In this document: positions 53,811 to 63,731 of the stretch, one piece after another
Numbering within the stretch: position 1 is the first letter of the stretch
Layout: every line of letters starts with the position of its first letter
NCBI GenBank assembly: GCA_963811325.1
Contig: CAWEQT010000001.1
Location: 2,328,758 to 2,392,757 of the forward strand
DNA length: 64,000 bases
Direction: 5' to 3'
DNA from: an uncultured delta proteobacterium
GTDB taxonomy: Bacteria; Desulfobacterota; Syntrophia; Syntrophales; Smithellaceae
Position numbers and translations under genes: made by a program
The notes under the pieces: model-generated
Seen by the model: the letters and a program-made list of their open reading frames with translations, nothing else
Told to the model about the DNA's origin: nothing
Database searches by the model: none

Positions 53811-55388
53811 ATGATGCTTTATAAAGGTGGAAATTTAAGAAGAACCATGAACGCTGAAAACGCCGTCAGCCAGCACAGATTCTGGGGAGAAACAACCGCT
53901 TTTCTCGCTCTGTTTTTCGACAATGTCGGAGTGCTGATATTTTTCAGCGCTATACTTGTTTTCACTTTCAACTATCCGGCGGACATAATCCTGACACGCA
54001 TGATTCCGGGCACAGCCGTCGGAATTTGCGCGGGCGATCTTGCCTATACATGGCTCGCCATCCGTTTGAGACGAAAAACCGGTCGCGCCGATGTCACGGC
54101 GATGCCTCTGGGTATTGATACGCCTTCAACCATCGGCATTGCCTACGCTGTTATGGGCCCAGCTTATATCACCACCCGCGACGCGCAACTCACCTGGCAT
54201 ATTGGCATGGCCACTCTCTTCATGATAGGTGTCGTCAAGGTCTTAACCTCTTTTTTCGGCGGATGGGTTCAGCGCATCATTCCCACAGCGGGACTGTTGG
54301 GGCCGCTCGCCGGAATAGGACTTCTGCTGCTGGGATTTCTGCCGATGATCGAAATATTCAACGAGGCTGTTGTCGGCATGGTCGCCATGGGACTTATCTT
54401 TACGGCGCTCATGAGCAAACTGCAGCTGCCGGGCCGCCTGCCCGGTGTTCTTGCAGCAGTCATTCTGGGCACGGGCATTCATTTCGTTCTGGGCTATGGC
54501 GGATACCTGCCGGGGTTTACCACGCCTTCTCTGGAAATGAATTTTTCTTTACCCGCTTTTTCCATCGCTTTTCTCAAAACACTGCCGCAAAGTATTCAAT
54601 ATCTGACCATCGCTATCCCCTTCGGCATTTTGACAATAATCGGCGGCATCAATAATACGGAAAGCGCCCGTCTGGCAGGCGACGATTACCGCACAAGAGA
54701 TATCCTGCTCACGGAGGCATTTTCATCACTGATCGCGGCTTTCTTCGGCGGCGTGGCGCAAACCACACCTTATATCGGCCATCCGGCATATAAAAAGATG
54801 GGCGCGACATGGTGGTACACACTGCTGACGGGAATCCTGATCGGTATCTGCTCCGTGGTCGGACTGCTTTCTCTTTTTGTTAGTCTCATCCCGCGGGCGG
54901 TTATCGCGCCAATATTCATCTTTATCGGTTTTGAAATCGTTCGTCAGGCCTACAAAGATTCGCCGCCTGCTCATTCCCCGGCGGTAAGTTTAAGCTTCCT
55001 GCCGGTTGTTGCCAGTCTGGTGCTTATGATTCTCAGCCAGTTCATGGGCGCGATGGGCGTCACGCCGGACAGGTTGCCGCTGCGCCTGCAACTCCTGCAT
55101 CAAACACTGACAATGCTCAGTAACGGGTTTATTATAACGGGGCTTCTCTGGGGCAGTATGCTGGCGTATCTCATTGACCACAAAGCGCGGCTGGCTGCCC
55201 TATGCTGTGCCGTATGCGCCATATTGACTCTCTTCGGCATTATCCATTCGGTAATGCCCAGCGGTAAACTTTACCTGCCCTGGCGCATCACAACAACCCA
55301 TGCCCACTATATGCTCGCGGTGGCCTATCTTGCGTTATCGGGCATCCTGTTGTTCTTGACCGGAAGAACGAATAATCCATGTACATAA
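53811..55388 (+). CDS. polytopic permease (NCS2/SulP-like superfamily candidate), substrate unknown
   Basis: 525 aa with 12 or more helices. Visibly more GC-rich than its neighbours, with many shadow ORFs on both strands. The start is ambiguous (53811 or ATG 53847). Confidence 0.65.
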   Translation: MMLYKGGNLRRTMNAENAVSQHRFWGETTAFLALFFDNVGVLIFFSAILVFTFNYPADIILTRMIPGTAVGICAGDLAYTWLAIRLRRKTGRADVTAMPLGIDTPSTIGIAYAVMGPAYITTRDAQLTWHIGMATLFMIGVVKVLTSFFGGWVQRIIPTAGLLGPLAGIGLLLLGFLPMIEIFNEAVVGMVAMGLIFTALMSKLQLPGRLPGVLAAVILGTGIHFVLGYGGYLPGFTTPSLEMNFSLPAFSIAFLKTLPQSIQYLTIAIPFGILTIIGGINNTESARLAGDDYRTRDILLTEAFSSLIAAFFGGVAQTTPYIGHPAYKKMGATWWYTLLTGILIGICSVVGLLSLFVSLIPRAVIAPIFIFIGFEIVRQAYKDSPPAHSPAVSLSFLPVVASLVLMILSQFMGAMGVTPDRLPLRLQLLHQTLTMLSNGFIITGLLWGSMLAYLIDHKARLAALCCAVCAILTLFGIIHSVMPSGKLYLPWRITTTHAHYMLAVAYLALSGILLFLTGRTNNPCT

Positions 55389-55620
55389 ATCTCCGTGTTT
55401 TGCGCCCAATGTTTAGACAAATTAGTTCTCTGATTGTTCATTAAGTATGTTTACAAAACGCAGATAACGCCGCAGAGCAGGTATACCTCCGCCCTCGGAA
55501 ATAATTTGCTAGACTTGATCTGGTTCAGCGACAATCGCGCCACCCAGATATGCTACAGATGTATTATGGAAGATTGCGGATGTAAGAGATGGGGCACGCC
55601 AGCGCATTAAGAAGCACCTG

Positions 55621-56013
55621 ATGGAAATCAAGTATAAAATATGGATTGAAAAAAACGGTAAGATGATTTTCGGCAAAGGTCGAAATAACACTTTCCAAGC
55701 CATTGATGAGCAGCACAGCCTCAATGCCGCGGCTAAAGAATTAGGAATGTCTTATCGCGCAGCATGGGAAAGATTGAAGGTATCTGAAGAACGGACGGAG
55801 AAGAAACTTGTCGAAAACGGCATCAAGGAAAAATCATTGTATCTCACATCTCAGGCCAGGGCAATCATAGAAAGATTTGAAATACTTGAAAAAGACGTGG
55901 AAAATATCTTATGCAAGGCGGACAAGGACTTTAAAAAATTGTTTAAAATTGGCTGGAAGCAATTACGAATTGCAACAATCACAACATTGAAGAAAAATTT
56001 TTGTGTATCTTAA
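55621..56013 (+). CDS. ModE-N-terminal-like winged-helix regulator
   Basis: 130 aa. ...FQAIDEQHSLNAAAKELGMSYRAAWERLKVSEE resembles the ModE/LysR-type HTH_1 N-domain. No Mop domain. Confidence 0.6.
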   Translation: MEIKYKIWIEKNGKMIFGKGRNNTFQAIDEQHSLNAAAKELGMSYRAAWERLKVSEERTEKKLVENGIKEKSLYLTSQARAIIERFEILEKDVENILCKADKDFKKLFKIGWKQLRIATITTLKKNFCVS

Positions 56014-56043
56014 TAATACGTAAAAAGCCTCTTTAGGAAAAAA

Positions 56044-56688
56044 TTATTTCTTCAAACCCTTTATAATAACATCCAAACTATTTTGAACAGTGGAATGGAT
56101 TCTCTCCATGCGTTTTATCGGATTGCCTGTAAAAAGATAAAGTGAAATAATACCGTTTAACATACCCCAAATTGCATTTTGCATCTGCCTGATGTTGCTT
56201 ATGGGAAAAAACTCACCTGACTCTATACCCTTTTGGATGATTTCAGAAATAGGCTTAATATTTTCATTTGTTGATCTAATTAGTTCAGTACTTTGCTCTT
56301 CAGTTAGATGCATCTGGCCTGTTTGCATCATGAAAGTCATAAGTATTCTAAAAAGTTCCTTATCACTTAGAAAATAATCAACATAAATCCGGGCAAATTC
56401 TTGCAAAAGTTGCGAAGCCGAAGCATCTATGGATGAGAAGAAATTCCTTATTCTTTCATTAAGCGCGATATTATCGGCAATTAATATTTGAGTATATATC
56501 TCCTCTTTACTTTCAAAGCAAAGGTAAATTGATCCTTTGCTAACTTCAGATTTGGCAGCAATGCTATCAACCGTTACGGCCTTGAATCCTCGATCAAAAA
56601 AAAGTCTCCGCGCTGCTTTCAAAATTGTATTTCTTCGACTTTCTTTTCCTTTTTCTTTCTTTTTTCTTCTTTTTTCTTCCAAGTTCAA
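56044..56688 (-). CDS. TetR/AcrR family transcriptional regulator
   Basis: 214 aa. HTH ILKAARRLFFDRGFKAVTVDSIAAKSEVSKGSIYLCFESKEEIY. Confidence 0.9.
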   Translation of the reverse strand: MNLEEKRRKKKEKGKESRRNTILKAARRLFFDRGFKAVTVDSIAAKSEVSKGSIYLCFESKEEIYTQILIADNIALNERIRNFFSSIDASASQLLQEFARIYVDYFLSDKELFRILMTFMMQTGQMHLTEEQSTELIRSTNENIKPISEIIQKGIESGEFFPISNIRQMQNAIWGMLNGIISLYLFTGNPIKRMERIHSTVQNSLDVIIKGLKK

Positions 56689-57330
56689 TTTAGTTGCCTT
56701 TATTAAAAACGATATTTATTCCCGATTCGGACAGGTAAATATTCTTCAGGAAGTTAATATTTTACCCATATTTTCTATTGCAAGTGCATAAATTAATATC
56801 TGTATTGTGTCAAGATAAAATCAAAGATTATATAATATTTAATTTTCAATTATTATTTCTTGCTTAATTCAATTTTTCCAGTTCCCTGACAAGTATTTTC
56901 AAAGGCTGGCTCTGATTGACATTATGCACATCAATGTAACGGATAATACATTTTCTTAATAGTTAATTGCAGGAAATAAAATGCCAAAGCTCTTTTTTGT
57001 TTTTCAATTTCTCTGATTACACATCCTTTTGCATTTTTAATAGCATATTTTGTTAAAAATATTAAGCTCGACAAATAACTTAAATTCTTCTTGACTTTAT
57101 TCGGCCTTGCGTTTAAGTTCACACGATTTCGTAAATTGTGAGTTGCGAAAGGAAAAGTTGAATTTAGACATTTTGAAGTACAAGGTTAATCCGTTATTTC
57201 TTTAAAGTTTAGTGGATTTTAAAGCCTGTCAAGGTAAATCTTATATATCCTTTAAAGCATTTCAGATTTTCAAATTCTGTCATGGTTTTAATTCGACTTG
57301 GAAAAATATATAAAAGGAGTTTGAGCAACT

Positions 57331-57531
57331 ATGCCAGAAGGAAAAGTAAAATGGTTCAACGCAAGCAAAGGATTCGGTTTCATTGAAAATGACGAAGGTG
57401 GGGATGTTTTCGTTCATTTCAGCGCCATTCAATCAGAAGGGTTTAAATCACTGACTGAAGGGCAACGTGTATCTTTCGAAATACAAAAGGGCAAAAAAGG
57501 CCTGGAAGCTGAAAACGTAAAACCACAATAA
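57331..57531 (+). CDS. cold-shock protein (CspA family)
   Basis: 66 aa. [16 protein letters not shown] (RNP1) and VFVHFS (RNP2). Long AT-rich 5' leader. Confidence 0.95.
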   Translation: MPEGKVKWFNASKGFGFIENDEGGDVFVHFSAIQSEGFKSLTEGQRVSFEIQKGKKGLEAENVKPQ

Positions 57532-57543
57532 GCATACAACATA

Positions 57544-57580
57544 AAAAACTCTCCTATAAAATATACGGGAGAGTTTTTTA
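57544..57580 (+). terminator. rho-independent terminator of the csp gene
   Basis: AAAAACTCTCC (57544-57554) pairs with GGAGAGTTTTT (57568-57578), with a T run. A second hairpin, TTCGCCT-atgaa-AGGCGAA-TTTT, lies at 57627-57649. Confidence 0.85.
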
Positions 57581-57824
57581 TTATCATTACTTCTGCCCAG
57601 AATATGTTTATTCAATTCTAATTTTCTTCGCCTATGAAAGGCGAATTTTGGATTACGCTAAAATTGAACAAATTTAGCTGTGATAAACTTCGAAGCAAAG
57701 CCAGATTTGACTATATTTTTTTCCTTTAATATATCTTGACAAAAACAAAAGATTTGAGTTAGTGCATTTTAGTCTTTTATCATGGGTATTCTTAATTATT
57801 CCGAATAATACGGGAGGCTTATTT

Positions 57825-59507
57825 GTGTATTTTTCGAAAGAAATGCAAGAAACGTCTTTGAAACTCAGCCGAAAATGGGAAGATAAAGTTCAAAAGTCGT
57901 TAAAAAATAATCCTGATCAAAAAAAACGCTTTTCCAGCGTGTCGGATACGGAAATCAAAAGGCTCTATACTCCGGAAGATATTAAGGATATTAATTACGC
58001 TGAAGACATCAGCGTTCCCGGTGAATTCCCTTATCTGCGCGGCAATCAAGTCACCGGTTACCGGGGACGTTATTGGACATTCCGCATGTTCTCCGGCATG
58101 GGCAGCGCACAAGACACCAATAAGCGGTGGAAAATGCTCCTGCGCGAAGGTCAGACCGGGCTTAGCACCGCTTTTGATTTTCCGACTCTCATGGGATACG
58201 ACAGCGACTCGCCTAAAGCGCTGGGCGAAGTTGGCAAGTGTGGCGTTGCCATAGACACTCTGGAAGATTTCATGACTCTTATGGAGGGCATTCCTCTGGA
58301 TGAAGTCACCACATCCATGACTATTAACCCCCCTGCGACAGTTTTATTTGCTATGTATTGCGCGGCGGCGAATATTAAAGGCGTGCCTCTTACCAAAATA
58401 GGCGGCACCATTCAAAATGATATGCTTAAAGAATTCATCGCGCAAAAAACTTTCATGTGCCCGCCGGAACCTTCGGTAAAGCTAATCAGTGATACCGTCG
58501 AATTCGGTACAAAATTTATTCCGCGCTGGAACACGATCAGCATCAGCGGTTATCATATCCGCGAGGCAGGTTCCACTGCCGTTCAGGAACTGGCTTTCAC
58601 TATCCGCGACGGCATCGAATATGTGGAAGACTTAATTCGCCGCAAAAAATTGAATGTTGATGATTTTGCTTCGCGGCTATCTTTCTTTTTCAATTCGCAC
58701 ATTGATTTTTTCGAAGAAATCTGCAAACTGCGGGCGGCGCGCCGTATATGGGCAAAAATTATGCGTGATCGTTTCCATGCCAAAGATCCCCGCTCCATGT
58801 GGTTACGCTTTCACACACAAACAGCCGGATGTTCGCTGACAGCCCAACAACCGTATAATAACGTCGTCCGAACAACAGTGGAAGGATTGGCCGCCGTCCT
58901 GGGTGGCACTCAATCTCTGCATACCAACTCTCTGGATGAAGTTTTCTGTCTACCTTCCGAACATGCCGCGGAAATTGCCCTGCGAACACAACAAATTCTG
59001 GCTGAAGAAACCGGGGTGCCCAACACCATCGATCCTCTGGCCGGCTCTTATTTTATTGAAGCTATGACTAATCAAATCGAAGAGGCCGCATGGGATTACA
59101 TCCATAAAATTGATGCCATGGGCGGGATGATTGCCGCCATAGAAAAGGGTTTCCCGCAAATGGAAATTGCCGAATCAGCATATAAATTCCAGAGACAGAT
59201 GGAAAGAGGCGAAAAAATCATGGTGGGCGTGAATAAATATGTAAGCAACAATGAATACCCCATCCCGTTTTTGGAAATCGAAGAAAGAATCAGCGAGGAA
59301 CAGATAAAAAGGCTCAATGATGTGCGCCGCAAACGCGACAGTAACGCGGTTAAAAAGTCTCTCGAAAATGTAAAAAATGCCTGCAAAAAAGGAGAAAACG
59401 TAATGCCGCATTGCATTGAAGCTGTAAAAAATTTGGCGACTTTGCAGGAGATATGCAACATATATCGTGAAGTTTATGGGGAATATAAAGACCCAGGATT
59501 ATATTAA
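57825..59507 (+). CDS. B12-dependent acyl-CoA mutase large (substrate-binding) subunit, isobutyryl-CoA-mutase-type signature
   Basis: Full-length match to MutB/IcmA layout. WTFRMFSGMG (Phe where MCM has Tyr in TIRQYAG) and KEFIAQKTF (Gln where MCM has Arg in KEFMVRNTY). GTG 57825 has GGGAGG 7 nt upstream; the alternative start is ATG 57843. Confidence 0.88.
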   Translation: MYFSKEMQETSLKLSRKWEDKVQKSLKNNPDQKKRFSSVSDTEIKRLYTPEDIKDINYAEDISVPGEFPYLRGNQVTGYRGRYWTFRMFSGMGSAQDTNKRWKMLLREGQTGLSTAFDFPTLMGYDSDSPKALGEVGKCGVAIDTLEDFMTLMEGIPLDEVTTSMTINPPATVLFAMYCAAANIKGVPLTKIGGTIQNDMLKEFIAQKTFMCPPEPSVKLISDTVEFGTKFIPRWNTISISGYHIREAGSTAVQELAFTIRDGIEYVEDLIRRKKLNVDDFASRLSFFFNSHIDFFEEICKLRAARRIWAKIMRDRFHAKDPRSMWLRFHTQTAGCSLTAQQPYNNVVRTTVEGLAAVLGGTQSLHTNSLDEVFCLPSEHAAEIALRTQQILAEETGVPNTIDPLAGSYFIEAMTNQIEEAAWDYIHKIDAMGGMIAAIEKGFPQMEIAESAYKFQRQMERGEKIMVGVNKYVSNNEYPIPFLEIEERISEEQIKRLNDVRRKRDSNAVKKSLENVKNACKKGENVMPHCIEAVKNLATLQEICNIYREVYGEYKDPGLY

Positions 59508-59537
59508 TGAAACTGATTTTGCTTTTAGGAGATAAAT

Positions 59538-59939
59538 ATGCCGGAAAGAAAAATTCGCGTGATGGTTGCCAAACCGGGGCTTGATGGCCACGATCGCGGC
59601 GCGCGAATTCTTGCGCGCTGTTTCCGCGATGCCGGATTTGAAGTTGTTTACACAGGCTGTCATCAAACACCTGAACAAATTGTTGCGGCCGCTATTCAGG
59701 AAGATGTTGATCTGGTTGGTTTGAGCTGTCTTTCCGGCGCTCACCGCATGCTTTTCCCGCGGGTTGTGGAACTTTTGCGCGAAAAAGACGCGTCCGATAT
59801 CACCGTCATCGGCGGCGGCATCATTCCTGAACAGGATTTACCTATGCTTTACGATGCCGGCATCAAAGCGATTTTCACTCCCGGCGCCTCGCTTGATTCC
59901 ATTGTGGAATGGATTAAAACAAATATAAAACCACACTAA
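59538..59939 (+). CDS. acyl-CoA mutase small subunit (cobalamin-binding domain)
   Basis: 133 aa. DxHxxG motif (GLDGHDRGA), ...SxL...GG. Confidence 0.92.
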   Translation: MPERKIRVMVAKPGLDGHDRGARILARCFRDAGFEVVYTGCHQTPEQIVAAAIQEDVDLVGLSCLSGAHRMLFPRVVELLREKDASDITVIGGGIIPEQDLPMLYDAGIKAIFTPGASLDSIVEWIKTNIKPH

Positions 59940-60063
59940 TACCAATTCTAAATCAAAGATGATATTGAGGCGGCTAGACAGAGGCTACGAGACGTATTAT
60001 ACATACGTTGAGGAAGCCGACAACGACGCCAACAAAAATAGTGCTTTGATTTAGAATTGGTAT
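59939..60063 (+). repeat. 125-bp TIR element, copy 3
   Basis: ATACCAATTCTAAATCAAAG ... CTTTGATTTAGAATTGGTAT (perfect 20-bp TIR). Begins on the last base of the B12-subunit stop and ends 12 nt before the meaB ATG. Confidence 0.9.
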
Positions 60064-60075
60064 AGGCAAACAAAT

Positions 60076-61050
60076 ATGGATTCAATTATAAAAAAAGTCT
60101 GCGATGGCGATGTACGCTCGGCCTCCCGCCTCATCAGAGATATCGAAGATAAGCGTCCGGAAGCCAAGTTAAAAATCAAAAAACTTTACGCGCATACTGG
60201 TAAATCTTTCATTATCGGTATAACCGGAGCACCAGGCGCGGGCAAGAGCACCTTGACTGATGCTTTAATCACTGAACTGCGTAAACAACATAAGACCGTC
60301 GGCGTACTGGCTGTTGATCCAACAAGCCCTTTTACCGGAGGAGCGATTCTGGGAGATAGAATCCGCATGCAGCGCCATGCCGAAGATTCCGGAGTTTTTA
60401 TCCGATCGCTGGCCACCCGCGGTGCGCTGGGAGGTCTTTCCGGGGCTGCGGGCAATGCCATTCACGTCATGGAAGCAATGGGCAAAGATATTATTATTGT
60501 GGAAACGGTAGGCATCGGCCAGCAGGAAATTGATATTGTAAATCACGCGCACAGCGTTGTGGTTGTTCTTGTTCCCGGCATGGGCGATGAAATTCAAACA
60601 ATGAAGGCCGGATTAATGGAAATAGCAGATGTATTTGTCGTCAACAAAGCCAATCGTGGCGGCGCTAAACAATTACAAATGGAATTAGCTTCAATGCTCA
60701 ATTTATCGCCTAAAACTTCCGACGGATGGAAGCCGCCAATAGTGATGATTGGAGATGCCTTTGAGCCCGTTGCCTTTGCCAAAGATAACGCCCAACTCGC
60801 AAAGAACATAGAGGCGCATCATATTTATCTGCAACAAAGCGGCAAATTCAACGAAAGAATGCACAGAAAAGCAATGGCGGAAATTAAAGACGCGCTGAGT
60901 GCCTGTCTTCTAGAACCGGTTTTGCGTTCTCTTATTGAAAGCGGTGAATTGGAGAAATTTGCCGAAAAGATAAAAAACAGAAAAGCTGATCCTTATTCCG
61001 TGGCGGAAGAAATCACTGATAAGTTTTTTCAAAAGCGGGGCAAAGCATGA
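60076..61050 (+). CDS. meaB: methylmalonyl-CoA-mutase-associated G-protein chaperone (MeaB/ArgK)
   Basis: 324 aa. P-loop GAPGAGKST, DPTSPFTGGAILGDR, ETVGIGQ, NKAN. Confidence 0.93.
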   Translation: MDSIIKKVCDGDVRSASRLIRDIEDKRPEAKLKIKKLYAHTGKSFIIGITGAPGAGKSTLTDALITELRKQHKTVGVLAVDPTSPFTGGAILGDRIRMQRHAEDSGVFIRSLATRGALGGLSGAAGNAIHVMEAMGKDIIIVETVGIGQQEIDIVNHAHSVVVVLVPGMGDEIQTMKAGLMEIADVFVVNKANRGGAKQLQMELASMLNLSPKTSDGWKPPIVMIGDAFEPVAFAKDNAQLAKNIEAHHIYLQQSGKFNERMHRKAMAEIKDALSACLLEPVLRSLIESGELEKFAEKIKNRKADPYSVAEEITDKFFQKRGKA

Positions 61051-61661
61051 AAACTGTAAAAAGTAAAAAACAGGCCGTCTCTAAAGTTATCAAAAAGAAA
61101 TCTCCATCCGTAAAAATAACTAAAAAGCCTGCAGTCAGAAAGGACAGAGGATTGGTTATGGTCATCACAGGCAACGGCAAGGGAAAAACAACCGCCGCCT
61201 TCGGTCAGGCACTGCGAGCTATCGGACAGGGCTACAATGTTTTCATTCTGCAATTTATGAAAGGAAGAAAATACGGTGAACTCATTGCCGCAGAAAAATA
61301 TCTTCCCAATTTAACCATACGCTTGTTCGGTCTGGACAGCTTTGTCATGCGCGATAATCCGGCAGCAATTGATATTGAATTGGCACAAAAAGGATTAGAC
61401 GCCGCCAGAAAAGCAATCATAAGCGGCAAATATGATATGGTTATTCTCGACGAAATTAATGTGGCTCTGGATTTCAAACTCATAATGCTAAAGGAGGTAA
61501 TCGAACTGATTAAAAATAAACCGCCCGCACTTGACCTGATTTTAACCGGCCGCTATGCGCCAGAGGAAATTATAAAACTCGCCGACACCGTAAGCGAAGT
61601 GAAAGAAATCAAGCATCATTATACCGCCGGTATCAAGGACCGCGTAGGAATAGAATATTAA
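61047..61661 (+). CDS. cobO: cob(I)yrinic acid a,c-diamide / cob(I)alamin adenosyltransferase (CobO/BtuR type)
   Basis: 204 aa. GNGKGKTTAAFG P-loop, ..ILDEIN... ATGA overlap with the meaB stop. Confidence 0.88.
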   Translation: MKTVKSKKQAVSKVIKKKSPSVKITKKPAVRKDRGLVMVITGNGKGKTTAAFGQALRAIGQGYNVFILQFMKGRKYGELIAAEKYLPNLTIRLFGLDSFVMRDNPAAIDIELAQKGLDAARKAIISGKYDMVILDEINVALDFKLIMLKEVIELIKNKPPALDLILTGRYAPEEIIKLADTVSEVKEIKHHYTAGIKDRVGIEY

Positions 61662-61696
61662 ATAACACATCCTAAAATAAAAGGAGATTTTAAAAA

Positions 61697-62155
61697 ATGT
61701 TTGAAATGGTACCTGTAGAAAAACTGAAAACAATGATTGGTCAGGATAACGGCGTAAGCGATTGGGTTCTGATTGATCAGGAAAGGGTCAACCGGTTTGC
61801 CGATGCCACGGATGACCATCAGTGGATTCATGTGGACATCGAACAGGCTAAGAATGGTCCCTTCGGCGGCACAATAGCGCACGGATTCTTAACTTTGTCC
61901 ATGACTTCCTTTTTCGGCAGTTCGGGGAAATATCTGCCGGAAGGAATAAAGATGGTTATAAACTACGGTTTAAACAAGGTGCGTTTCATCGCTCCTGTTC
62001 CTGTAGGGTCGAGAATACGCTCCAAAATGGTTATCTCTGGCGTTGAGGAGAAAGAACCGGGACGAATTCTTATGACAACCACTCATACCATCGAAATTGA
62101 AGGACAGGATAAACCGGCGTGTGTTACTGAATCATTGGCAATGTTCATGGTCTGA
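61697..62155 (+). CDS. MaoC-like (R)-specific enoyl-CoA hydratase (hot-dog fold)
   Basis: 152 aa. ..FADATDDHQWIHVDIEQAKNGPFGGTIAHGFLTLS.. is the MaoC dehydratase signature. Confidence 0.88.
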   Translation: MFEMVPVEKLKTMIGQDNGVSDWVLIDQERVNRFADATDDHQWIHVDIEQAKNGPFGGTIAHGFLTLSMTSFFGSSGKYLPEGIKMVINYGLNKVRFIAPVPVGSRIRSKMVISGVEEKEPGRILMTTTHTIEIEGQDKPACVTESLAMFMV

Positions 62156-62264
62156 TTCCATGCGACTTGGTATGAAAGTGAAGTGATAATAAATATATAA
62201 AAACCTCCGTTTCCTCATAAGAAAGAAAACGGAGGTTTAAACTTATTAAACCAGCTTGATGGAT

Positions 62265-63032
62265 TTATTCCCCCTTGAAATTAGGTTCGCGTTTTTCAAA
62301 GAAAGCTGTCATCCCTTCTACAGCGTCCATACTCGTTTTCAACTTATCTATCCATTTCTTGTCAGAGGCAAGACCTGCATCCAGTCCTTTTTCTAAACCA
62401 ATAGCCATTCCCTCAAGAACCGCGCTCACGGCAAGAGGAGGTCTCTTGGAAATCTTAATCGCGTAATCCGTAGCTTCTTTCATTAAATCGGCAGCCGGGC
62501 AAACTTTATCCACGAGGCCAAGGGCCAGCGCTTCGGGCCCGTTAACTTTCTTGCTGAAAAAAATAAAATCCAGTGCTTTGGATTTACCGATTATTTTCGG
62601 CATACGCTGCACGCCACCCCAACCGGGGATAATGCCTAGATTCAATTCCGGACATCCGATCTGGGCTTTGGGATTGTCTGTCATGTAACGAAAATGGCAG
62701 GCCATTGCCAGTTCGCATCCGCCGCCAAGAGCGTGTCCGTTTATAGCCGCAATGAAAGGCTTGATGGAACGTTCAATGCGGTTATAAACATCAATGCCAT
62801 TGGGACCTTTGTCAATATTCGCTATGTCTGAAACATCCATGCCCGCGCAGAAAGCCTTTTCTCCAGAACCTGTAATAATGACAACTCTGGTATCCTTGGT
62901 TTTTTCTACCTCAGTTACAAACTGATCCAATTCTTCACGTATGCCCAGATTTACAGAGTTCATTGGCGGACGATTCAGTGTGGCGATGGTTACGAAATCC
63001 TTCGTTGAAACGGTAATGTTATTATAAGCCAT
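62265..63032 (-). CDS. enoyl-CoA hydratase/isomerase (crotonase) family protein
   Basis: Start moved to ATG 63032 (AGGAGGA 6 nt upstream; MAYNNITVSTKDFVTIATLNRPP). ITGSGEKAFCAGMDV and ..NGHALGGGCELAMACH. Confidence 0.9.
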   Translation of the reverse strand: MAYNNITVSTKDFVTIATLNRPPMNSVNLGIREELDQFVTEVEKTKDTRVVIITGSGEKAFCAGMDVSDIANIDKGPNGIDVYNRIERSIKPFIAAINGHALGGGCELAMACHFRYMTDNPKAQIGCPELNLGIIPGWGGVQRMPKIIGKSKALDFIFFSKKVNGPEALALGLVDKVCPAADLMKEATDYAIKISKRPPLAVSAVLEGMAIGLEKGLDAGLASDKKWIDKLKTSMDAVEGMTAFFEKREPNFKGE

Positions 63033-63287
63033 ATTTATCCTCCTGATTTTTTTTGCGATAATTATAGTAGAATTATTTTTTGTGTTTTCTTCTTTAACAA
63101 AAATATGAAACCTGTCAAGCACAATCACGGATATGAACCGCCGAATATAAAGAAAAAACAAGACCAGATCATTTGCCTACTCAGATTATAGAATGATATA
63201 TTCCTGATAGAATTAAAGATTAAGCAGAAACATTGACATGCTTTTCTTATTATATATATAATTAATATTATTAGCTGAGAGGTGTAT

Positions 63288-63698
63288 ATGCTCAATTTTA
63301 AAAATATTTTATATCCTGTTGATCTTGATTCAAAAAACATTTCTTCATTAGTTAAGGCTTTGGAATTTGCGCAATTGTTTCACTGCCGAATACACATATT
63401 GTATGTTAATGATATTCAGGCCGGTTATCGTTATCCGACGGATCGCGAGGATGCCGTTGCTTTGCGAGTTAAGGAAACCGTTCCCGAATCTCTATTGGAA
63501 AATATAGACATTATTTATGCAATTTCCAAAGGGGATGCAGCGAAAGAAATCGTCAAATACACACAGGAACATCAGATTGATCTGATCATATTCGGACATA
63601 AACACCATAGCAAACTATATTCATCTATATTTGACAGCACCGATATTAATATTATTGATATGGCTCTATTGTCTGTTTTAGTCATTCCGGAGAAATAG
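63288..63698 (+). CDS. universal stress protein (UspA) family
   Basis: About 136 aa. ILYPVDLD..., ...DLIIFGHKHHSKL... ATG 63288 is preferred over the GTG at 63282. Confidence 0.8.
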   Translation: MLNFKNILYPVDLDSKNISSLVKALEFAQLFHCRIHILYVNDIQAGYRYPTDREDAVALRVKETVPESLLENIDIIYAISKGDAAKEIVKYTQEHQIDLIIFGHKHHSKLYSSIFDSTDINIIDMALLSVLVIPEK

Positions 63699-63731
63699 AT
63701 CATAGCTTATTGAAGGAGTAAAACAAGCTCA

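Noticed and set aside
54243-55181. Cluster of 60-130-aa ORFs on both strands within the permease gene.
   Set aside because: These are shadow ORFs typical of a GC-rich coding region. The 525-aa frame has a continuous transmembrane-helix pattern.
55389-55620. Possible Moco/Wco riboswitch upstream of the ModE-like gene (ACCTCCGCCCTCGGAAA resembles the conserved CCUCCGAG block).
   Set aside because: I could not build the multi-stem Moco fold or find its other conserved blocks by eye, so there is not enough support without a covariance-model scan (Rfam RF01055).
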